From an uncultured Anaerolineaceae bacterium (GTDB lineage Bacteria; Chloroflexota; Anaerolineae; Anaerolineales; UBA4823), in the NCBI GenBank assembly GCA_964629965.1, contig CAZVRZ010000061.1:1-31465 (forward strand): a DNA stretch of 31,465 nt. The letters are read 5' to 3'. The position numbers were made by a program, and so were the translations under genes. Position 1 is the first letter of the stretch; each line of letters opens with the position of its first letter. Shown in pieces: positions 16,988 through 24,175 of this stretch. The notes under the pieces are model-generated. The model had not been told where the DNA came from. It saw only the letters and a program-made list of their open reading frames with translations, and did not search any database.

Positions 16988-18451
16988 ATGAACATTGATT
17001 TGACCGTTAATTCAAGTCGCCGCTTGCGATCGATCCAACGTGCTCGCGAGCGAGGGATTGTCATCCCTACTTTTGCCCAGATGAAGAACCCGGCATTGAT
17101 CCCGGCGCGGGTGAAAGAAGCGCTCTCCAAGATTGGGCTGTGGGATGTTCACCCGCTGAACCTTTTCCGCATTACCTGGCACAACCAGCCGCAGGAGATG
17201 GGCGGGGGGTTTGGCGGCTTGAACTACCTGGAATTGCCTTCCAGCCTGACGGGGACGCCTGCCCGCATCCTGGTTTTGGTCGGTAAATGGTTCCCCACCG
17301 GTGCTCACAAAGTTGGCGCTGCCTTTGGCTGCCTGGTGCCGCGCCTGGTGACGGGGCAGTTCGATCCCACCACGCAGAAAGCCGTCTGGCCTTCCACCGG
17401 CAATTACTGCCGGGGTGGCGCGTACGATTCGGCGCTGCTGGCATGCGAATCCATTGCGATCCTGCCCGAGGGCATGAGCCGCGAACGCTTTGAGTGGTTA
17501 TCAAAGATTTCGGGCGAAGTGATCGCCACGCCGGGCAGCGAGTCGAATGTCAAAGAGATCTTCGATAAGTGTTGGGAACTGCGCCAGTCGGGCCAGGATC
17601 TGATGATCTTCAACCAGTTCGAAGAGTTTGGCAATTACCTGTGGCATTACGAAGTCACCGGGCACGCCATGGAAGAGTTGTTGGCCCAGGTGATGGGGCC
17701 GAAGGATGCTTACCGCGGTCTGGCTTCGGCGACCGGGTCGGCCGGTACGATTGCCAGCGGCGACTATATGAAGCAGTTGTTCCCTGGTTCTAAGATTGCT
17801 GCCAGCGAGGCCGTGCAATGCCCTACCTTGTTGGAGAATGGTTTTGGCGCCCACCGTATCGAGGGGATTGGCGATAAGCACGTTCCCTGGATCCACAACG
17901 TCAAGAACACCGATATGATCGTCGCGATCGACGATGAAGCCGTAGTGAGCCTGGCCCGCCTGTTCAATGAGCCAGTTGGGCATGCATACCTGGCAGGCCA
18001 GGGTGTTGCGCCGGAATTGGTCGCTCAGTTGGATCTGTTGGGCTTCTCGGGCATCTCCAATGTTTTGACTGCTATCAAGATGGCGAAGTATTACGAGTGG
18101 AACGAGCATGACATTGTTCTGACGGTGCTGACCGATTCGATGGAGCTGTATGGCAGTCGCTTGCTGGAAATGCGCCAGGAATATGGCCAGTATACAGAAC
18201 GCGACGCGGCGGCCCACTTTGCCCGTTTCCTTCAGGGGCAGTCAACGGACCACTTGTTAGAGTTATCGTATGCTGATCGCCGGCGAGTGCATAACCTGAA
18301 GTATTTCACCTGGGTTGAGCAGCAAGGCAAAACATACCAGGAGATCCAGGCGCAGTGGTACGAGCCTGATTATTGGGAGAGCGTGCAGCGAATGACTCCT
18401 GAAATTGATGCATTGATCGAAGTGTTCAATGCTGATGTTGGCCTGGGCTGA
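16988..18451 (+). CDS. PLP-dependent enzyme, fold type II (tryptophan-synthase-beta/cysteine-synthase superfamily), unusually long, function unknown
   Basis: AAGGAG RBS. PTGAHKVGAAFG (PLP-lysine region, analogous to PTGSFKDRGA), STGNYCRGGAYDSA (analogous to SSGNHG), a glycine-rich loop GSAGTIASG, and a ~150-aa extra C-terminal region. Confidence 0.55.
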   Translation: MNIDLTVNSSRRLRSIQRARERGIVIPTFAQMKNPALIPARVKEALSKIGLWDVHPLNLFRITWHNQPQEMGGGFGGLNYLELPSSLTGTPARILVLVGKWFPTGAHKVGAAFGCLVPRLVTGQFDPTTQKAVWPSTGNYCRGGAYDSALLACESIAILPEGMSRERFEWLSKISGEVIATPGSESNVKEIFDKCWELRQSGQDLMIFNQFEEFGNYLWHYEVTGHAMEELLAQVMGPKDAYRGLASATGSAGTIASGDYMKQLFPGSKIAASEAVQCPTLLENGFGAHRIEGIGDKHVPWIHNVKNTDMIVAIDDEAVVSLARLFNEPVGHAYLAGQGVAPELVAQLDLLGFSGISNVLTAIKMAKYYEWNEHDIVLTVLTDSMELYGSRLLEMRQEYGQYTERDAAAHFARFLQGQSTDHLLELSYADRRRVHNLKYFTWVEQQGKTYQEIQAQWYEPDYWESVQRMTPEIDALIEVFNADVGLG

Positions 18452-21400
18452 AAACTGGATGGATCGATTAACTACAGAGCTATTTGATATTACTCGCCTG
18501 GAACGATACGTGGGCCAGGCTGTTTTTGAGCGCGGCCAGACTTACTACCAGCAAAAGCGCGTCGAGATCGATTATGTAGATCCGAAGTATGCCAGTTGCA
18601 CGGTGGTAGGCCGCAGTGGGGTTTATGATGTTCGCATCGAATTAGATCGCGGCACTTTGCTGTTCTATTGCGATTGCCCGTTCGCTGCGGATGGACGGAT
18701 TTGCAAGCATATCGTGGCCTCTTTCATAGCGGTCAAGAAGTCTTTGCAGACGAGCCACGCCACCCGCTGGCAGACCCATCTCTCCAAAGTGATCCAGTCT
18801 GCGCAGAGTGATGCGACCAAGTCCTCCGCCAATGTTATAGATCATGGTAGTACAGATCACCGTTTGCAGTACCTGTTGTTCTTTAGCTTGCAGCACGAAA
18901 GCGGATTCACCTGGAAGCTGACGCCATACCAGGTGTTAGCCAGCGCGTTACCTGCCGATGTGCGCAGTACGCTTGTTCCAGGGCGGGTCACGCCCGAACA
19001 GATCGAACAGGCCCTGAGCTATTCGGCGTCAGTGCGGCAGCCGGCTGGCCGCCTTGATTCGCGCGGCTGTATCAACGCCGGCGATGCCGTGGTCAACATG
19101 GCCAACCTGTTGATCACGCGCTCGTATGTGTACTACACCTTCATCCCCTTGGGAGATTTCTTGACTTTCTTGCAGGGCGGCCAGGCCTACATTTACCTGG
19201 GTGATGAGCGCAAGCCTTTGAAAACGCGTTTGCAGATGGCGCCAGAAAAAGGCCGCTTGAAGATCAACATGCACCGCGAGCCAGATGGGGTACACCTGAC
19301 GGCCAGCCTGGTTGCGGGCGGCCTAAGCATAGCGATCCAGCAGGAAGATGGCGGGGAGAGCGCCCGGGGCGGGGAAAGCGCCCGGGGCGGGAATGGCGCC
19401 CGGGACAGTGAGAATGCCCAGGTTGGAGAAAACCTCCACGAGGGGGATGCTGCCCGCATGCAAATCCTGTCGGTGTCGCCGCTGTGGGTGCTGGCGGATC
19501 GCTGGCTGGTGCAGCTAGATGAAGAGAATGTGACGGCTGTTTTTCGCACCTTCATGGATGTGCCTGAGCTGATAATCCCTGCCGCAGAGCAGGAAGAATT
19601 CCTGGAACAGTACTACTTGCCTTTGGCCTTGAGCGCCGACCTGGAAGGCGACGCGGTTTCCTGGGAAAGCGTGCAAGACGCCAAGCCGGTGGGACAGTTG
19701 TATCTAAGCGAAAATCGCAAAGGCGAGCTGCAGGTTCAGCTTCGCTTTAATTATGCCGGGCAGGTGGTCAGTTATGAGCCGCAGCTGCCCGTGGAAAGCA
19801 TACAGCGCTTGCCTGGAGAGTGGAAGCTGGTGCGCATCCAGCGCGATCCTACCCTGGAGCAGCTAATGTTCCAGAACCTGGCCTCGCACGAATTTGGTTT
19901 AAAGCGTTCTACAAGCCCTTCTTCGCAAAATCAACTGACACTGCGGGCGCGGATTGAGCTGATAGATTTTCTGATGAAATATGTTCCTCGCCTGGTAAAA
20001 GCCGGTTTTGAGATCTTTGGCGAAGAACAGTTGAAGACCGCGCGGGTCAATCGTCACCAGCCGACGATCTCGTTCCACATTGCTACAAACATCGATTGGT
20101 TCGATGTGAAAGCGGCGGTGAACTTTGGCGAGATCGAAGTCTCGCTCAAGGAAATTCGCCGCGCTTTACGCAAAAAGGAACGCTATATCAAGCTGGCGGA
20201 TGGCACGATCGGCGAGATACCGTCAGATTGGCTGAACCGTTACAAACATTTGTTTGCCCTGGGCGAGGAGACCGGCGACAGCTTGCGCCTCTCCAATTAC
20301 CATGTCACCTTGCTGGATCAGCTCCTGTCGGATGCCGATCGTGAGCGGGCGGGCGATGAGTTTCAAAAACGCCTGGACCGGCTGCGTAATTTCGATGGCA
20401 TCACCCCCAAACCGCTGCCGGCGGGCTTCTTGGGCGAGCTGCGTCCTTACCAAAAATCGGGCTTCGATTGGCTCCACTTTTTGCATGAGTTTAAGTTCGG
20501 CGGTTGCCTGGCGGATGACATGGGCCTGGGTAAAACGGTGCAGGTGCTGGTGTTCCTGCTCTCTCTGCGCGAGCAGCAGCATTCCCCAAAAGCCGACCTG
20601 ATTGTGCTGCCGCGCTCGCTGCTGGTCAACTGGCAGCGTGAAACGGCCCGCTTCACGCCATCACTGCGCGTGATGGAGTATTTTGGCAACTTGCGAGATA
20701 AGGACACTTCTATTTTTGACCAGTACGACCTGGTGGTCACCACGTACGGCACCATGCTGCGGGATGTGGAACTGCTGCGGGAATATCCATTTCACTATGT
20801 TGTGCTGGATGAGTCCCAGGCGATCAAAAATCCAGTGGCGCAAACCACCAAAGCGGCGCGTTTGCTGCGCTCGGAGCACCGCCTGGCGCTGACGGGTACA
20901 CCGGTGGAAAACTCAACCTTGGAGCTCTGGTCGCAGTTCTCGTTCCTGAACTCCGGTTTGTTGGGCAACCTGGAATATTTCCGCGACGAGTTCACCAACC
21001 CGATCGAACGAAGAGGCAGCGAGCAGCAGGCGCAATTCTTGCGAAAGTTAGTGTACCCTTTCATCTTGCGGCGCACGAAAGCTCAGGTGGCTCCCGACTT
21101 GCCGCCGCGCACTGAGCGGGTGGTTTACAGTGACATGGAAACGGCTCAGCGCAAGATGTATAACCGCACCCGGGATTATTATCGCGGGATGTTGTTGGGC
21201 ATGCTGGAAAACCAGGGCCTGAACGATTCTCGCATGAAGGTCCTGGAAGGCTTGCTGCGCCTGCGCCAGATATGCAATCACCCCGCGCTGGTAGAACGTG
21301 AGTTCCGCGGCGATTCGGCCAAGTTCGATCTGCTGATCGAAACACTGGAAACGCTGAGAGCGGAAGGGCACAAAGCTCTGGTGTTTTCGCAGTTCGTCGA

Positions 21401-21821
21401 GATGCTCAAGCTGGTGCGCCGCGCGCTGGATCTGCGCCAGATACCTTACCTGTACCTGGATGGGCAAACCAATGACCGGCAGGAACGCGTAGATCAGTTC
21501 CAGAGTGACAACGGCGTGCCTTTCTTTTTGATCAGCTTGCGAGCGGGCGGGCAGGGGTTGAACCTGACGGCGGCGGATTACGTGATCTTGATCGACCCCT
21601 GGTGGAACCCGGCGGTTGAAATGCAGGCCGCGGACCGCACGCATCGCATCGGGCAGGAAAAACCGGTATTTATTTATAAACTGGTGGCGCGCGATACGAT
21701 CGAAGAGAAGATCTTGCAGCTTCAGGAACGCAAGAAGAACCTGGTCGATCAACTGATCACAACCGAGAGCAGCTTCCTCAAATCTCTGACGGTAGATGAT
21801 GTGAAGGTCTTGTTCAGCTAG
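18429..21821 (+). CDS. SWIM zinc-finger / SNF2-family DNA-dependent ATPase (helicase-like)
   Basis: SWIM CxC-x9-CxH (YCDCPFAADGRICKH). SNF2 motifs LADDMGLGKTVQ (I), DESQAIKN (II), LTGTPVEN (III), and HELICc with QAADRTHRIGQ (VI). 1130 aa. The start (18429, 18435 or 18459 ATG) is uncertain. Confidence 0.85.
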   Translation: MLMLAWAENWMDRLTTELFDITRLERYVGQAVFERGQTYYQQKRVEIDYVDPKYASCTVVGRSGVYDVRIELDRGTLLFYCDCPFAADGRICKHIVASFIAVKKSLQTSHATRWQTHLSKVIQSAQSDATKSSANVIDHGSTDHRLQYLLFFSLQHESGFTWKLTPYQVLASALPADVRSTLVPGRVTPEQIEQALSYSASVRQPAGRLDSRGCINAGDAVVNMANLLITRSYVYYTFIPLGDFLTFLQGGQAYIYLGDERKPLKTRLQMAPEKGRLKINMHREPDGVHLTASLVAGGLSIAIQQEDGGESARGGESARGGNGARDSENAQVGENLHEGDAARMQILSVSPLWVLADRWLVQLDEENVTAVFRTFMDVPELIIPAAEQEEFLEQYYLPLALSADLEGDAVSWESVQDAKPVGQLYLSENRKGELQVQLRFNYAGQVVSYEPQLPVESIQRLPGEWKLVRIQRDPTLEQLMFQNLASHEFGLKRSTSPSSQNQLTLRARIELIDFLMKYVPRLVKAGFEIFGEEQLKTARVNRHQPTISFHIATNIDWFDVKAAVNFGEIEVSLKEIRRALRKKERYIKLADGTIGEIPSDWLNRYKHLFALGEETGDSLRLSNYHVTLLDQLLSDADRERAGDEFQKRLDRLRNFDGITPKPLPAGFLGELRPYQKSGFDWLHFLHEFKFGGCLADDMGLGKTVQVLVFLLSLREQQHSPKADLIVLPRSLLVNWQRETARFTPSLRVMEYFGNLRDKDTSIFDQYDLVVTTYGTMLRDVELLREYPFHYVVLDESQAIKNPVAQTTKAARLLRSEHRLALTGTPVENSTLELWSQFSFLNSGLLGNLEYFRDEFTNPIERRGSEQQAQFLRKLVYPFILRRTKAQVAPDLPPRTERVVYSDMETAQRKMYNRTRDYYRGMLLGMLENQGLNDSRMKVLEGLLRLRQICNHPALVEREFRGDSAKFDLLIETLETLRAEGHKALVFSQFVEMLKLVRRALDLRQIPYLYLDGQTNDRQERVDQFQSDNGVPFFLISLRAGGQGLNLTAADYVILIDPWWNPAVEMQAADRTHRIGQEKPVFIYKLVARDTIEEKILQLQERKKNLVDQLITTESSFLKSLTVDDVKVLFS
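19353..19406 (+). repeat. Three tandem 18-bp repeats (GGGGARAGCGCCCGGGRC) inside the SNF2 gene, encoding GESARG-GESARG-GNGARD in the inter-domain linker
   Basis: Read directly: ggggagagcgcccggggc / ggggaaagcgcccggggc / gggaatggcgcccgggac. Confidence 0.8.
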
Positions 21822-21841
21822 GGAGGGTTAAGGAGTACCTT

Positions 21842-22024
21842 ATGGCAATCACACCCACTGCGCTGGTGCTGGTGGCGATCATGAACAACCAGCGAGATTT
21901 CGAGATCGCCCGCCTGTTGGGCTGGTACCGCATTCCGCTGCGCTCGGCGCCCAAGGTGGTGGCGGTCGATTACCTGGCGTTTTACCAGACGGAAGCATTC
22001 GATGAAGAGAAGTGGCGCATCTAG
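21842..22024 (+). CDS. Small hypothetical protein (60 aa) with a strong RBS, terminated by a TAG that is in frame with the next ORF
   Basis: GGGAGGGTTAAGGAG sits 6 nt upstream of ATG 21842, immediately after the SNF2 stop. Coding-like composition. Confidence 0.4.
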   Translation: MAITPTALVLVAIMNNQRDFEIARLLGWYRIPLRSAPKVVAVDYLAFYQTEAFDEEKWRI

Positions 22025-22027
22025 TAC

Positions 22028-22276
22028 GTGGCGCCGGTGCGCGGTCACGAGCTGACCACGCGGCTGGAATTGCTGCAGGATGAGCCGGATCACCCACATG
22101 CCAGGCATGAATACTATAAGATCCAATTAGGCCCGCTCGAACGCCTGGCGCGGCCAATCCTGGCAGACCAATGGCGGCGTGTTACGTTTTTCTATACCCT
22201 GGGAGAGCATATCCTGCGGGCGCACACATTGAACGACCTGATCATTGCTTCGGGCGAGCGCATCGTGCTTTGGTAG
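22028..22276 (+). CDS. Hypothetical protein (82 aa) in the same frame as 21842-22024. It is either the C-terminal part of an interrupted ~144-aa gene (pseudogene or readthrough) or a separately reinitiated small ORF
   Basis: GTG lies 3 nt after the TAG. The frame is continuous except for that single stop, and there is no independent RBS. Confidence 0.3.
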   Translation: MAPVRGHELTTRLELLQDEPDHPHARHEYYKIQLGPLERLARPILADQWRRVTFFYTLGEHILRAHTLNDLIIASGERIVLW

Positions 22277-22367
22277 GCGCTGCGCGAGCGCGGCCTGCAG
22301 TCACAGCAGCAGTCCGACCTGCCTGAAGCGGATATCGACCCCGCTTTGTTGGCGCTGCTGCTGGGGA

Positions 22368-23885
22368 TCAAAGATGAGCGATCGTCGTCTTGAACTTAAC
22401 GCCGTCTTCCTGGCACAGCGCCTTGACCAGCCGGCGCCCAGACATCACCCCGGTCGGCAGTCCGCCGCCCGGCTCGACCCACTGCCCGCACATGTAAAAG
22501 TGTGCCAGCCCGGGCAGCCTCTGGCTCATGGGTTTCATCACGGTCTGGGCGTTGTCAGGTGTGATCAGCCAGCCCTCAAAACTGCCCTGCCAGTTGCCGG
22601 TGAACTGCTCGAAGGTCAACGGCGTAGCCACATCTACCATTTCTACCTGCTGCGAGATACCGGGGAAGCGCTGGTCCAGGGCATCTACCACGATGCGGGC
22701 GATCTGATCCTTTTTCTCTTCGTAAGAGGCCTGATCCTGCGCCAGCTCTTTCCAGTAATCATATTTGCTGGGAAACATCACCACCAGGCTGGTTTTTCCG
22801 GGCGGCGCCAGGGTGGGGTCCTGGTTGAAAATATGCACGGATAAGGTTTTACGGACGGCGTCGCCGATCTCCACCGGCTCTTTCAATGGGTAACTGATAC
22901 CGGACACCGTTTGGGGCTGGTCGGAGAAATCCCGATTCACTCCCACGCCCACGAAGATCAGCGGCGGGAAGATCGGCCATTTTTCGTATGGCTCGCGCAC
23001 CTTCTCGTCGGCATACTTGCCTTCGAGCATCTTGAAGATGGTGGTATGGCCGTCCGCGGCAGAGATCACGCGCCCGGCGCGGCGCTCGCTGCTATCCGTT
23101 AGGACGATACCTACGGCCTTATCATCTTCCACCAGGATCTTTTCCACTTTGCTCTTGTAGTTGATCTTGCCGCCCAGGTCGCGGTAGCGCTTTTCCAATG
23201 CCTTGGACATGGGCATTGAGCCGCCGATGGGATAACCGGCGTTCTTTGTATGGAAGTAGGCAAAGGTGAACAGCATGAAGAAGATGGAAAACTCGCTGAA
23301 CCACATCTCTTCGAATGCCCGGCGGAGGAGGGGATCCTTGAAGCGCGCCGCGAAGTGGCCTCCAGTTTCTTTTAACCATTCCTGGATCTTCTTACCTTTG
23401 GTCGCCATCACCACAACCAACTTCAAGCTCTTCACCAGGCGCGTGGGCAACGGATCGGACTCGCCGGGTGCGTCGAAGCGAACACAGGTGCGAATACCCT
23501 GAATGAATTCGCGCGTTACCTCGGCATCTTGCGGTGAAAACTCAAGCAAATGTTTTTCTAACTTGTCCACATCGGTATACATGATCAAGGTGCGCCCATC
23601 CGCGTCCTCGAAGCGGGCATATTCGTCCAGGTTCACGAATTCACGCTCCTGTGCAATGCCCACCTCCTGCCAGAAACGGTACATGGCGCTGCTGGGCGAT
23701 GAGCCAACCAACCAGTGGATACAGCCATCGATGGTATATCCCCGGCGCTTCCAGGAAGTGCACAACCCGCCTGGAAGATCTCCCATTTCGAAGATCTCGG
23801 TCTGATATCCGTTCATCTGGGCATAGATGCCTGCCGAAAGCCCGGCGAAGCCCGCGCCGATGATGGCGATCGATTGGTTGGTCAT
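22368..23885 (-). CDS. FAD-dependent oxidoreductase, phytoene desaturase (CrtI/CrtN/CrtD) family
   Basis: N-terminal Rossmann dinucleotide motif IAIIGAGFAGLSAG...EIFE...GGLCTS typical of CrtI-family amine-oxidase-fold desaturases. 505 aa. Confidence 0.7.
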   Translation of the reverse strand: MTNQSIAIIGAGFAGLSAGIYAQMNGYQTEIFEMGDLPGGLCTSWKRRGYTIDGCIHWLVGSSPSSAMYRFWQEVGIAQEREFVNLDEYARFEDADGRTLIMYTDVDKLEKHLLEFSPQDAEVTREFIQGIRTCVRFDAPGESDPLPTRLVKSLKLVVVMATKGKKIQEWLKETGGHFAARFKDPLLRRAFEEMWFSEFSIFFMLFTFAYFHTKNAGYPIGGSMPMSKALEKRYRDLGGKINYKSKVEKILVEDDKAVGIVLTDSSERRAGRVISAADGHTTIFKMLEGKYADEKVREPYEKWPIFPPLIFVGVGVNRDFSDQPQTVSGISYPLKEPVEIGDAVRKTLSVHIFNQDPTLAPPGKTSLVVMFPSKYDYWKELAQDQASYEEKKDQIARIVVDALDQRFPGISQQVEMVDVATPLTFEQFTGNWQGSFEGWLITPDNAQTVMKPMSQRLPGLAHFYMCGQWVEPGGGLPTGVMSGRRLVKALCQEDGVKFKTTIAHL

Positions 23886-24015
23886 AGTATCCTCCTGTGG
23901 TCAGTAACTCTACTGATTATACATCAAGCGATTGGTTTGCCCGAATCAGAAAAATTCCATAGATAATATGGGGGATGCAAAGCGCCGATAGATTTAGAAT
24001 AGATATCAATCACCA

Positions 24016-24143
24016 TGGTGCATGGTGCTATGTGATTGGCCGAAAGTTATTTAACTAAATGGATGCGTAAAATCGGCCAATCACTTGAGCAAACTGCTAT
24101 GTTGGCTGTAAAGTTGTTCAAAATACTTTTAGCGGTTTGCTTA
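24016..24143. repeat. Copy 2 of the ~125-bp twin-hairpin repeat (GTGATTGGCCGA-29nt-TCGGCCAATCAC; AGCAAACTGCTA-30nt-TAGCGGTTTGCT)
   Basis: ~92% identical to 7243-7373. In the divergent intergenic region between the CrtI-like gene and the flotillin gene, ending ~30 nt before the flotillin RBS. Confidence 0.8.
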
Positions 24144-24175
24144 GAAAGATCAATCGCATCACAAAGGAGTTTTGT

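Noticed and set aside
22245-22844. 199-aa plus-strand ORF overlapping the 3' half of the CrtI-like gene
   Set aside because: The minus-strand gene carries an unambiguous Rossmann FAD-binding N-terminus and a full-length family architecture. The plus ORF is in a different frame from the TAG-split gene and is low-complexity and Arg/Ala-rich, as expected for a spurious GC-rich frame.
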